A stretch of DNA of 35,381 nt from an uncultured Fusibacter sp. (GTDB lineage Bacteria; Bacillota; Clostridia; Peptostreptococcales; Acidaminobacteraceae). A program made the position numbers and the translations under genes. The stretch spans positions 1-35,381 of the forward strand of contig CALFXQ010000355.1 in assembly GCA_937958285.1 (NCBI GenBank). The letters run 5' to 3'. The notes under the pieces were generated by a model. It saw nothing but the letters and a program-made list of their open reading frames with translations. It had not been told where the DNA came from and did not search any database. Shown here piece by piece: positions 17,656 to 26,819 of this stretch (positions are counted from its first letter, which is position 1; each line of letters starts with the position of its first letter).

Positions 17656-17813
17656 AGAATCCTCCGACAACACGGATTGTAAGCCCATTTAGTGGTCTAA
17701 TCTAGTGCTAACTCTATACATACCAAATATTTACCCACGATTGAGGTATTAAAGCCAGACATTATCGCATTCATCAAATGATAGGGGACCTAGCTTTCTC
17801 AGTGTAGGCCCTA

Positions 17814-17842
17814 TTGACAAATTTTAGAATCGGGTGTAAATT
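17814..17842 (+). promoter_or_regulatory. SigA-type promoter of the padR operon
   Basis: TTGACA-17 bp-TAAATT. Confidence 0.72.
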
Positions 17843-17844
17843 GA

Positions 17845-17908
17845 TATTACGTCAAGCGATATATCGTCATGCGTTATAACGCAAAACGTTACAACGTTCG
17901 GCGGTATA
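17845..17908. promoter_or_regulatory. Array of four overlapping palindromes TATAwCG-N5-CGwTATA with 15-bp period, putative PadR operators
   Basis: tattacgtcaagcga / tatatcgtcatgcgt / tataacgcaaaacgt / tacaacgttcggcgg / tata. Confidence 0.7.
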
Positions 17909-17950
17909 TTGGTTTACATTTGGGTTTGTAATGAGCAAGGGGGCATTTCT

Positions 17951-18313
17951 ATGGCAGCACAGGAGCAAAGCGCATTAACTGAAGCGGTGTATTATATTCT
18001 GCTCACTTTGGTTGATCCCATGCACGGCTACGGCATTATGCAGCGGGTAAAAGTCCTTAGCGATGGTCGTGTTAACCTGGGACCTGGAACCTTATACGGT
18101 GCCATAAACACATTGCTAGAGAAGGGCTGGATTCAAGCCGCTTCGTCGGCAGAGGAAAATAGCCGTCAAAAGGCCTACCTGATCACAGAGCGAGGCCTTG
18201 CGGTTTTGGCAAGAGAATTACTGAGGCTCGAGGAGCTTTTGTCGCATGGCAGAGAAATTTTGAGTGAGGCACGCGCTCACAGATGGCCTTCATCAGAAGG
18301 AGGTGTGCGATGA
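17951..18313 (+). CDS. PadR family transcriptional regulator
   Basis: LTEAVYYILL...HGYGIMQ...GPGTLYGAI..L...GWI...KAYLITERG; AAGGGGG RBS. Confidence 0.92.
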   Translation: MAAQEQSALTEAVYYILLTLVDPMHGYGIMQRVKVLSDGRVNLGPGTLYGAINTLLEKGWIQAASSAEENSRQKAYLITERGLAVLARELLRLEELLSHGREILSEARAHRWPSSEGGVR

Positions 18314-18867
18314 AACACATCGTGTGGCGTCCTTACTGGGATTATCAGAAGGAAGAGCAGTGGCTCAACAGCATGATGGCCAAGGGGTATGCACTCTCTG
18401 ATTACTCGTGGTGCCGCTACGTATTCGAAGAAGCACCAGTGGGTGCTTATGTGTACAAACTGGACTTGTTAGAGCGAGCACCCTCTGCACCCGAGAGCTT
18501 AGCTTATCTCAGATTTTTAGAAGAAAGTGGGGTACAGGTTGTAGCCACCTATATGAAGTGGGTGTACTTAAGGCAACCTGCACATTTGGGAGAATTTAAT
18601 CTTTATACTGACAGAAAATCTCTTTTGTCGCATTATAAGACTATTATGAGGTTTTGGGGTATAATGATAATATTGGAAATTGGTATTGGATTGATAAACC
18701 TCTTTATGGGCTTGATGTCTGTCATGATGTTTGGAGAGACTATTGGTATTGTCAATCTCACCATAGGTGCCTTGCCACTTCTAATTGGGTTACTACTTCT
18801 AAAAATGGTCATAACCATATTCTTAAAGGTAAGAGATTTAAAGCGCGAAATAGACATTATGGAATAG
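18310..18867 (+). CDS. DUF2812 domain membrane protein
   Basis: ATGA overlap with padR; EEQWLNSM..KG, YVFE, Y.LD, YL.FLEESG and WVY.R, followed by two TM segments. Confidence 0.82.
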   Translation: MKHIVWRPYWDYQKEEQWLNSMMAKGYALSDYSWCRYVFEEAPVGAYVYKLDLLERAPSAPESLAYLRFLEESGVQVVATYMKWVYLRQPAHLGEFNLYTDRKSLLSHYKTIMRFWGIMIILEIGIGLINLFMGLMSVMMFGETIGIVNLTIGALPLLIGLLLLKMVITIFLKVRDLKREIDIME

Positions 18868-18882
18868 CATAAGGGGGACATT

Positions 18883-19683
18883 ATGATTGAGGTCAAAGGA
18901 CTAACCAAGACGTTTCACGATAAAAAACACGGTGATGTAAAGGCCGTGAATCACGTGAGCTTTAGTGTAAATGCAGGTGAAATTTACGGCCTACTCGGCC
19001 CAAATGGTGCTGGAAAAACCACATTGCTTCGCATGTTGGCGACTATTATGAGCCCAACTGAAGGTCATGCGATCATCAATGGTTGCGATACGAGTACCGA
19101 TCCAGATGGCGTAAAGCACGCCATTGGCTTTTTATCTGGCAATACAAAACTGTATAAAAAACTCACACCTATCGAGACACTGCGCTTTTTTGGCAAGTTT
19201 TATAATATTGAAAAGAGCGTGCTCGAGTCCCGTATCCAGCACATTATTAAAAGTCTCGACATGGAGGACTTTAAAAACCGCGTAGTAGAAAAGCTCTCAA
19301 CAGGCCAGGTACAGCGCACCTCGATTGCCAGGTGCTTAATACACGATCCTCAAGTCTATATGCTCGACGAGCCCACCTTGGGACTCGATATTTTGACGAG
19401 CCGCACCATTATAGACTTTATAAAATCAGAAAAGCAGCGGGGCAAAACCATTGTCTTTTCAACCCACTATATGGAAGAAGCAGATGCCCTTTGCGATCGC
19501 ATTGGCCTTATACATAAAGGCGTACTGCTCGCTTCAGAAAGCACTGAAGAAATGCAGCGCTTGACAGGTAAGACTGCCATCAGAGATATCTTTCTTCACT
19601 ATATCGATTCAGGTGCTTTCGAGGAGCCATCAAAGCTCAACGAGGTGTACTTAGGTGGAGGAGAAAGCCATGGCAAGTCATAA
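18883..19683 (+). CDS. ABC transporter ATP-binding protein, NatA-like
   Basis: GPNGAGKTT Walker A, LSTGQ signature, LDEPT and STH. Confidence 0.9.
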   Translation: MIEVKGLTKTFHDKKHGDVKAVNHVSFSVNAGEIYGLLGPNGAGKTTLLRMLATIMSPTEGHAIINGCDTSTDPDGVKHAIGFLSGNTKLYKKLTPIETLRFFGKFYNIEKSVLESRIQHIIKSLDMEDFKNRVVEKLSTGQVQRTSIARCLIHDPQVYMLDEPTLGLDILTSRTIIDFIKSEKQRGKTIVFSTHYMEEADALCDRIGLIHKGVLLASESTEEMQRLTGKTAIRDIFLHYIDSGAFEEPSKLNEVYLGGGESHGKS

Positions 19684-20818
19684 AGTCTATGCAATTTTCA
19701 CCAAAGAAATGCTTTCGCTCTTCCGAGATAAAAAAGCGCTGATGACCATGCTATTGCCAGTGCTCATCTATCCGGTCATGATGCTTTTATTTCTTGGCGT
19801 TTTTAATATGGTAGATCAAGACCGCGAGGAGCAAGCGTTCAAACTGTACGTAAACCCACAAGTTTCAGAAGGGTTAATCGACTATCTAAAAAGTGACAAG
19901 CGCCTTGAAGTGACCATTCAAGATGCTGTTGTCGCTAATATCGACTATGAGGCAGTTGACGGCTATCTTATGGAAGGACCCAAGTTCTACTTTCATTCGA
20001 GCTTTAAAAAGAGCATAGATTTAGGCGAACACCTCAAGACATCTTATTTGGAATACGTAGAAAGTACGCGTACAGAAGCGTTAAAAGACCTTAAGGTTTT
20101 CGATGCCTACAATGGCTTAGTGTTAATGAAACAAGAAGATATTAGCGGCAATGGCGACAGCCGCGTGCTCAGCATGTTGCTGGGGATGCTCGTGCCGTAT
20201 ATGGTGGTCCTTTACGGCCTTGTGGGTACCTTTACTCTGTCTTCAGACCTCAGTGCAGGTGAAAAAGAGCGCGCAACGCTAGAAACCATTTTTTCAGTGC
20301 CTGTTAAGCGCTCCGAAATTATTACAGGCAAGCTGTTGGCGTGTGTGGCCGTAGGTATTCTCAGCGGACTCATCAACTTAACGGCCATGTTCCCCCTCGT
20401 GTTGGCACTTGCATCGTCGTTCCCTGCCATGGAACTGACCGTGAGTGTTTGGGCATTTGTATTATTACTGCTCCACGTGTTGCCAATTATGGTTATTTTC
20501 TCGGCAGTCTTTATCGGCATGGGGATGTTTGCGCGCACTTATCAGGAGTCCCAATCCTATGGTTCACTTGTAATGATTTTACTCATGGTACCAACTTATG
20601 TGGTAATCCTGCCCGATGTACAGTTTTCGGGTGCAATGGCCTTTGTGCCCATTTCAAATGCAATGCTACTTATGCGCGATGCGATAATGGGCTCCATTAA
20701 CTGGGCGCAAACGGGCCTTGTGATCGGTTACAATATTGGAATCGCCGCTATCGCAGTGGCTGCAATGGCCTGGGTTTTCACAAGTGATAGAGTAATCTTT
20801 GGAGGTGACAGCGCATGA
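19670..20818 (+). CDS. ABC transporter permease, NatB-like
   Basis: KEMLSLFRDKK, AGEKERATLE..PVKR..GK and ARTYQESQ; GGAGGAG RBS precedes ATG 19670. Confidence 0.87.
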   Translation: MASHKVYAIFTKEMLSLFRDKKALMTMLLPVLIYPVMMLLFLGVFNMVDQDREEQAFKLYVNPQVSEGLIDYLKSDKRLEVTIQDAVVANIDYEAVDGYLMEGPKFYFHSSFKKSIDLGEHLKTSYLEYVESTRTEALKDLKVFDAYNGLVLMKQEDISGNGDSRVLSMLLGMLVPYMVVLYGLVGTFTLSSDLSAGEKERATLETIFSVPVKRSEIITGKLLACVAVGILSGLINLTAMFPLVLALASSFPAMELTVSVWAFVLLLLHVLPIMVIFSAVFIGMGMFARTYQESQSYGSLVMILLMVPTYVVILPDVQFSGAMAFVPISNAMLLMRDAIMGSINWAQTGLVIGYNIGIAAIAVAAMAWVFTSDRVIFGGDSA

Positions 20819-22659
20819 AATTACGTTGGCACATGATATGGAATGGCATCGTAAAAGAAGCCATGGCACTGCTGCGCAATAAGCGCGTCCTTTTCGGTAT
20901 TTTCGGCCCACTGCTCATTATGCCAGCACTCCTTTGGGGCTACGACGCCTTTAGTAGTTCTGTCGACCGAGCAGCAGAAGAGTCAAAGAGTCAAATCGCC
21001 ATAGTGAGCGAAATGCCAGAAGCCTTAATAGCGCTCATGAAAAAAAGAGAAGACATCGCGCTGGTGCAGAATCCACCAAAGACGCTAGAGGACCAGCGAA
21101 AAGCAGTCGACGAGAATCAACTTGAAGTGGTGTTGAGCATCGAAGATGGCGCCTATATGTTGAGATATGACTTTGGTCGCTCCAATGCCCAGCGTGCGGC
21201 ATCAAGAGCAATCGAGGTCCTCGACGCATACCGCCTCACCCTTCAAAAGACGCTTGTGTCAGATGCTGGTGGCGATGAAGCACTCTTAAATGCGCCGAAA
21301 TGGCTCGCAGAAGATATGGCCACCGATACAGAAACAGCCAGAAGCAGTGTAAGTGGCTATATTCCAGCATTTATCATCTTGTATTTGCTCATGACTCTCT
21401 CGAGTTTTGCCATCGAGATGACCACCACAGAAAAAGAGGGTGGCACCATGGAAACACTGATGTCGCTGCCAATTACGCGCATGGAACTACTTACAGGTAA
21501 GCTCTTGGCGTGTATGCTCTTTGGCTTAATGACCCTCATTGTTATTTTGGGAGGCTTCTATGCAATGCTCCCCTTCTTTGGCAATACAGAAATCGCCCAG
21601 CTCAATGTGACCTTTGGCTTACTCAGCACAATCTTACTCACCTTGGTGCCGCTTTTGATTTTAGGTGCCGCCATGACCATTGCTACGGGCATGATGGCCA
21701 ATAGCTATAAAGAATCGAGTGCATATTTAACCCCCGTGCTCTTTATGTTTATGATTCCCGCCTATATTGGCACAATACCAGGGCTTGAGCTCTCTGGAAC
21801 CTTGAGCCTAATACCCATTTTGAACGCAACATTACTTGTGAAAGATGCATTTTTGGGCCAACTGAATTGGTCTCTGTTCTTTATTGTATTTGTGATTAAT
21901 TTGCTGTTCGCCCTCATGAGTTTGGGCATTATGTCGAAGATTTTTAGCTCAGAAACGCTGATTTTTGGCTCTGGAAAAGAACTTACCTTCCAGCTTAAAC
22001 GCGGCAAATTGGTCAAACGAGAGCTACTAGAGGCGCAAGATGTGCTGATTGTGCTGGCTACTGTAATTGTGCTGTTTGTCTATTTGAATATGTTGCTGCC
22101 ACTTTTTACAACCGTCGAGGTGACTTTTTACAGCTCGCAATACGGCATCTTTGTGGGGATACCGCTCTTAGTACTCTGGTATTTAAAGGCGGACCTAGTG
22201 GCATCGCTGAGCCTCAGATTGCCAAGGGTTTCTGAGCTTCGCTTTGTGGCGGAGGGTGTGCTTTTATGGGGCGTGGCTTTTGGTTTGTCGCATTTATATG
22301 GTTTGTGGATTGCGCCTTACATCGGAGAAGCGCCAACACTCGTGGGCCTAGAGCAGCAGTTGGCCGCAATGCCACTTGTGATGCAGTTTGTATTTTTGGC
22401 GCTCACACCTGGTATCTGCGAGGAGTTTCTCATGCGTGGCTTTGCATTAAAGCCCTTGGGTAGGCGCTTTGGGGGCGTTGGCGGCGTGTTTATTACAGCG
22501 GCCATATTCGCCCTTATACACTTGGATTTTGTGCGCTTAGTACCCACCTTTTTATTGGGACTTGCCTTTGGCACGGTCACATGGCGGTCAAAATCTGTTT
22601 ATCCCGCAATGATACTACATGTCTTGAATAACGCCATCGCCCTTTTTATGATACAATAG
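20815..22659 (+). CDS. NatB-like ABC permease fused to a C-terminal CPBP (CAAX) intramembrane protease
   Basis: KEAMALLRNKR, EKEGGTMETL and ANSYKE; C-terminal ICEEFLMRG, FALIH and HVLNN. Confidence 0.87.
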   Translation: MKLRWHMIWNGIVKEAMALLRNKRVLFGIFGPLLIMPALLWGYDAFSSSVDRAAEESKSQIAIVSEMPEALIALMKKREDIALVQNPPKTLEDQRKAVDENQLEVVLSIEDGAYMLRYDFGRSNAQRAASRAIEVLDAYRLTLQKTLVSDAGGDEALLNAPKWLAEDMATDTETARSSVSGYIPAFIILYLLMTLSSFAIEMTTTEKEGGTMETLMSLPITRMELLTGKLLACMLFGLMTLIVILGGFYAMLPFFGNTEIAQLNVTFGLLSTILLTLVPLLILGAAMTIATGMMANSYKESSAYLTPVLFMFMIPAYIGTIPGLELSGTLSLIPILNATLLVKDAFLGQLNWSLFFIVFVINLLFALMSLGIMSKIFSSETLIFGSGKELTFQLKRGKLVKRELLEAQDVLIVLATVIVLFVYLNMLLPLFTTVEVTFYSSQYGIFVGIPLLVLWYLKADLVASLSLRLPRVSELRFVAEGVLLWGVAFGLSHLYGLWIAPYIGEAPTLVGLEQQLAAMPLVMQFVFLALTPGICEEFLMRGFALKPLGRRFGGVGGVFITAAIFALIHLDFVRLVPTFLLGLAFGTVTWRSKSVYPAMILHVLNNAIALFMIQ

Positions 22660-22694
22660 AGCTAAAGTCAAAGAGAAAGTGGTGGAAAAGTTAA

Positions 22695-23267
22695 ATGGGT
22701 AGAGGCAATGGAAATAAGCCAGATCACGGCCGTCAAAAGGCAATAACAACAAAACAAGAACGCAAAAAAGTAAGCGCATCGATGCTCGCGCGCTGGGAAA
22801 AAATGAAGGGTAAGGGCAAGTGGCGCTACATTTTAATAGATGTCATGCTGCTGCGACAAGTACTTTTAGTTGTTGCGCTGTTACTCACCTTCGAATTTCT
22901 GCTCTTTAGAAATACCAATCTCACAGTGATAGGCACTTGGTGGACCATTGCCTTAAGGGTGGCTCTGGCCGCTGTAAATGGCGTGGCCACGGGCGTGCTC
23001 GAGTGGTCGCTTATCGATAAACTCGTGCACAAGCGGTTTACCCACTTACTTCAGTTATGGGGGCAATTCGTTTTGGTGTATGGCGTGTTGGGTTACGGCG
23101 TGCCACTGGGGCTTTGTATGCCCTATCTCCCAGAGGGTCTTGTCAATCTACTGATGTTCGTTGGCTTGTACTTGGGTATGGGGCTCGTGTTTGGCGCAAT
23201 AATGTTCGGCTTTAGCGCCTACAAAGGCGCCAGTGGCTGGGAACAGTTTATCGATTCTAAGAAGTAA
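22695..23267 (+). CDS. Hypothetical membrane protein (about 4 TM)
   Basis: Basic N-terminus, RWEKMKGKGKWRYIL, then hydrophobic segments. It sits between the permease and the terminator. Confidence 0.65.
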   Translation: MGRGNGNKPDHGRQKAITTKQERKKVSASMLARWEKMKGKGKWRYILIDVMLLRQVLLVVALLLTFEFLLFRNTNLTVIGTWWTIALRVALAAVNGVATGVLEWSLIDKLVHKRFTHLLQLWGQFVLVYGVLGYGVPLGLCMPYLPEGLVNLLMFVGLYLGMGLVFGAIMFGFSAYKGASGWEQFIDSKK

Positions 23268-23314
23268 AAAAAGCGTTGTTGGCCCAAATAATAATTGGGC
23301 TAACAACGCTTTTT
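23268..23314. terminator. Bidirectional intrinsic terminator
   Basis: AAAAAGCGTTGTTGGCCCAA-N7-TTGGGCTAACAACGCTTTTT. Confidence 0.9.
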
Positions 23315-23317
23315 AGC

Positions 23318-25387
23318 TTAAAGCATTTTCTCCATAATCGCTTGTGAGCGCTGAATAAAGGCGGTCATCTGCTCTGGAGTTAAAGGTTTGTGGCTGAGTA
23401 CTGCGAGGTCGTAGAGCTGTTGAGCAATGAGCTCTGTTGTCTCATTTGGATCGAACATGTGCTCGAGGGCGTACTTGACCAGTTTGTTGTTCTTGTTGAG
23501 CACGAGGGTCTCGTCTGTTGGGAAATTCATACCGCCCATGCCCATGCCGCCCATGTTGTACATTTTCATCATATCTTGCATGCGGCGGCTGCTCTCAGAA
23601 AGGGTAATCATACTCGCTACTTCTGGAGATTTAAGGGCCTTAAGCTCTACCTTTACATCTTCTTTTGATAGGGCCTTTTTAAACAGTCCAGCGAGGGATT
23701 CCATAAGTGATTTGTGTTTTTCTTCGTCTTGGTTCTCTTCTTTTTCTGTGAGAAGATCGGAAATATCTGCGTCGACGCGCTTAAAGCTCACGCCTTCATT
23801 CTTAGACTCAATAAAAGTGATAAAGGGTTGGTCGATGCGCTCAGGAAGCACAAGTGCTTCAATGCCGTGATCTGTGAGGAGCCTCACGTACTGCGCCTGT
23901 TGTACGGGGTCGCTTACATAGTAAACTTCTTTCTCGAGTTTGTCTTTCATGGACTCGAGGTATTCAGGAAGTGTGATGTTTTTATCGCCAGTAGACTTAT
24001 ACAGAATGCTGTCTTTTAACTTGTCGTAGAACTTGTCGTCTTTTAATGCGCCAAATTTGACAAATGGATTGATATCGCCCCAGAATTTTTCGTAGTTTTC
24101 GCGGTCGGATTTAAACAATCCATTGAGCTTATCTGCGACTTTTTTAGTGATATAATCGGAGATCTTTTTTACAAAACCGTCGTTTTGTAGGAAGCTTCGC
24201 GACACATTTAGCGGGAGATCAGGGCAATCGATGACACCTTTTAGGAGCAATAGAAACTCGGGAATGACCTCTTTAATATTATCTGCCACATAGACTTGAG
24301 AGTTATAGAGCTTGATTTGGCCCTCCATGCTTTCAAATTCCATGTTGATTTTTGGGAAGTACAGAATGCCCTTTAAGTTGAAAGGATAGTCCATATTCAG
24401 GTGAATCCAGAATAAAGGCTCCTTGAAGTCGTTAAAAGTTTTGCGGTAGAACTCTTTGTACTGTTCATCGGTAACTGCAGAAGGCTGCTCCATGTACAGG
24501 GGCTTTACATCGTTGATTGGCTTTGGCGCTTTAGGTGCTTTAGGTGCTTTCGGTGCTTTAGGTGCTTTTGTAGCATTCGAGGATTTTACAGCATTTGGAA
24601 CTACTGCGCCATTTTCATCGACCTCGGCCACATCGTCTAGACCCTCTACGCGCTCAGGTGTATCGATTAAATCGAAGTCATCTGCATCTGTATCCAAGTC
24701 TAAATCCATGTCTAAGTCTAAGTCCGAGTCGTCTTCTACTGGTGCTTCTTCCTTGCCAACTTCAACAAAGAAGATTGGGTATGGCATAAAGCCACAGTAT
24801 TTTTCGAGTGTATTTTTTACTTTGTAGGCATTTCTGAAATCTGCGCCATCTTCTCCTAAATGCAAGGTGATTGTCGTGCCGCGTGTTGTGCGCGTACCAG
24901 GGGCAATTTCAAATTCTATACCGCCATCGCAAGTCCAGAAAGCGGGCTCTGCGCCCTCTACATAGCTGAGGGTATCGATAGTGACTGTAGATGCCACCAT
25001 AAAGGACGAATAGAAGCCCAGGCCGAAATGACCGATAATTTGATCTTTATCAGCTTTGTCTTTGAATTTCTCGACAAATTCTTCTGCACCGGAGAAGGCG
25101 ATTTGGTTGATGTACTTTTGAATTTCTTCTGCGGTCATGCCGATTCCGTTGTCGTCTATAACGATGGTGCCTGCAGCATCGTCGTAAGAAACGGTGATTT
25201 TGAACTGATCATCGCCCTGCAAGTTGGCTTCGCCTAAAGATGCGAGGCGTTTTACTTTTGTAATGGCATCGCTCGCGTTGGATACGAGTTCGCGAATAAA
25301 GATGTCGTGGTCACTGTAAAGCCACTTTTTAATAATTGGGAAAATATTCTCGCTATGGATGGACAAATTGCCCTTTACCTGAGACAT
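23318..25387 (-). CDS. htpG: Molecular chaperone HtpG (Hsp90)
   Basis: LYSDHDIFIRELVSNASDA, DNGIGMT, IGHFGLGFYS, RGTTITL, KGVIDCPDLPLNVSRS and LVLN. Confidence 0.97.
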   Translation of the reverse strand: MSQVKGNLSIHSENIFPIIKKWLYSDHDIFIRELVSNASDAITKVKRLASLGEANLQGDDQFKITVSYDDAAGTIVIDDNGIGMTAEEIQKYINQIAFSGAEEFVEKFKDKADKDQIIGHFGLGFYSSFMVASTVTIDTLSYVEGAEPAFWTCDGGIEFEIAPGTRTTRGTTITLHLGEDGADFRNAYKVKNTLEKYCGFMPYPIFFVEVGKEEAPVEDDSDLDLDMDLDLDTDADDFDLIDTPERVEGLDDVAEVDENGAVVPNAVKSSNATKAPKAPKAPKAPKAPKPINDVKPLYMEQPSAVTDEQYKEFYRKTFNDFKEPLFWIHLNMDYPFNLKGILYFPKINMEFESMEGQIKLYNSQVYVADNIKEVIPEFLLLLKGVIDCPDLPLNVSRSFLQNDGFVKKISDYITKKVADKLNGLFKSDRENYEKFWGDINPFVKFGALKDDKFYDKLKDSILYKSTGDKNITLPEYLESMKDKLEKEVYYVSDPVQQAQYVRLLTDHGIEALVLPERIDQPFITFIESKNEGVSFKRVDADISDLLTEKEENQDEEKHKSLMESLAGLFKKALSKEDVKVELKALKSPEVASMITLSESSRRMQDMMKMYNMGGMGMGGMNFPTDETLVLNKNNKLVKYALEHMFDPNETTELIAQQLYDLAVLSHKPLTPEQMTAFIQRSQAIMEKML
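24524..24568 (-). repeat. Five copies of a 9-bp repeat encoding (KAP)5 in the HtpG linker
   Basis: tggcgcttt aggtgcttt aggtgcttt cggtgcttt aggtgcttt on the + strand. Confidence 0.92.
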
Positions 25388-25461
25388 ATTGCACTTCCTT
25401 TCTCTTTGTGTTTTATTGGACTTGCTCGTTGAATAAATGAATCATTCACATTCCTAGCATA

Positions 25462-25490
25462 AGTCTATGACACAGTTTTTAGTTTGTCAA
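25462..25490 (-). promoter_or_regulatory. SigA-type promoter of htpG
   Basis: Minus strand TTGACA-17 bp-TAGACT. Confidence 0.7.
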
Positions 25491-25497
25491 GAGGGTT

Positions 25498-25524
25498 TTA
25501 GCACTCAACGATAACGAGTGCTAG
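25498..25524. promoter_or_regulatory. CIRCE element (HrcA operator)
   Basis: TTAGCACTC-aacgataac-GAGTGCTAG matches 17 of 18 positions of TTAGCACTC-N9-GAGTGCTAA and lies upstream of a chaperone gene. Confidence 0.92.
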
Positions 25525-25759
25525 CACTTGTTGAAAAAGTAATGAGATACCACGCTTATCTTTGCGATTGTCAATGTCTTGCATATCATTCTCTAAAAGA
25601 ATGTCAGAAAGATTAAAAGTAGATGATGTTATTTTTTTGACGTAGCATGTTTCGTTCGGTTGGTGGTAAAATGATGTAGATTGAGGGTATATAGCGTGTT
25701 ATCTAACATTGAAGCAAATAAGCGTTGAAATGCGCTTTACGGTATAAGGTGGTCACCTC

Positions 25760-26782
25760 ATGCATACAGACGATCTCTTTGATAAAAGTAAACAACAGAT
25801 TCTCAGTGCCATGCTCTTAGTTGTGGCAGCGGCATCTGTACTGGTTTTAACTGTAAACGCCATCAACCAACGCCCTTGGGAGAACTTGCTGTTCCCAGGC
25901 GTTCTTAGCACCCTCGTCTTGGGGCTTCATTATTTGGCGAACCGCATAGACGTTAAAAGTCAGGCCTTTGCCAAATATGCGGCATTGGTTCTGCTAAATG
26001 TGGTTTACATTCCTGTATCATGGCTCACTTCGCCGGGTTCTACTAGTGCAATGCCCTACTATTGTATTGCTATATTCATCTTTGGCCTGATGCTGACTTC
26101 TAGATTTTGGGAGTATATTTTTCCTGCCATCACTGTGATGGAGGTCATGGTAATGCTTCAAATAGAGGCACAGCACCCGCAATGGTTTGATATCTACACA
26201 GACCCCGTATACCGATTATTCGATCTCACGGTCAATTATTTGGTCGCCAGTGGGATTATTTTTATGATGGTCTTTATTATTTTGCAGCATTACAAAAGGC
26301 ATAATCGCGCGCTTTACCGCATGTCGATTACCGATACCTTGACTGGTCTTTACAATAGACGCTATATGATGTCTTCTTTAGAGCATGCCCACAACGCTTC
26401 ACTGAGAACGGGCCTTCCCTATTCCATAGCGATGATCGATATCGACAACTTTAAAAAGGTCAACGATGGGCTTGGCCACCTAGAGGGCGACAGTGTTTTA
26501 AGGGCAGTTAGTACAATTTTACTGAATGAGAGCCGCAACTACGATATTTGCTGTCGCTACGGTGGCGATGAGTTTTTGGTAATCCTCCCTCATACGGGCA
26601 GAGAAGAGGTTAAGGCTTACACGGATCGCATTCAAGAACGCTTTAACGAATTTGCACAGCGCTATAAAGAGTTCGAGGTGCGGTTGAGCATAGGCTTCTC
26701 AGAACGTGGCGAACATACCTTAGATGAAATGATAGAGATTGCAGATAATGTGCTCTATCAGCACAAGCGCAGTCAAGTATAA
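25760..26782 (+). CDS. Membrane-bound diguanylate cyclase (GGDEF)
   Basis: About 5-6 TM segments, then TDTLTGLYNRR, DIDNFKKVND..GH, RNYD I-site and YGGDEF. Confidence 0.9.
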   Translation: MHTDDLFDKSKQQILSAMLLVVAAASVLVLTVNAINQRPWENLLFPGVLSTLVLGLHYLANRIDVKSQAFAKYAALVLLNVVYIPVSWLTSPGSTSAMPYYCIAIFIFGLMLTSRFWEYIFPAITVMEVMVMLQIEAQHPQWFDIYTDPVYRLFDLTVNYLVASGIIFMMVFIILQHYKRHNRALYRMSITDTLTGLYNRRYMMSSLEHAHNASLRTGLPYSIAMIDIDNFKKVNDGLGHLEGDSVLRAVSTILLNESRNYDICCRYGGDEFLVILPHTGREEVKAYTDRIQERFNEFAQRYKEFEVRLSIGFSERGEHTLDEMIEIADNVLYQHKRSQV

Positions 26783-26819
26783 GACCCCGTTTAAATATGA
26801 ATGTTATAAAGGATAAAAC

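Noticed and set aside
23390..25237. Several 64-147 aa plus-strand ORFs antisense to htpG
   Set aside because: They are shadow ORFs from codon bias in a conserved gene, with no RBS or family motifs.
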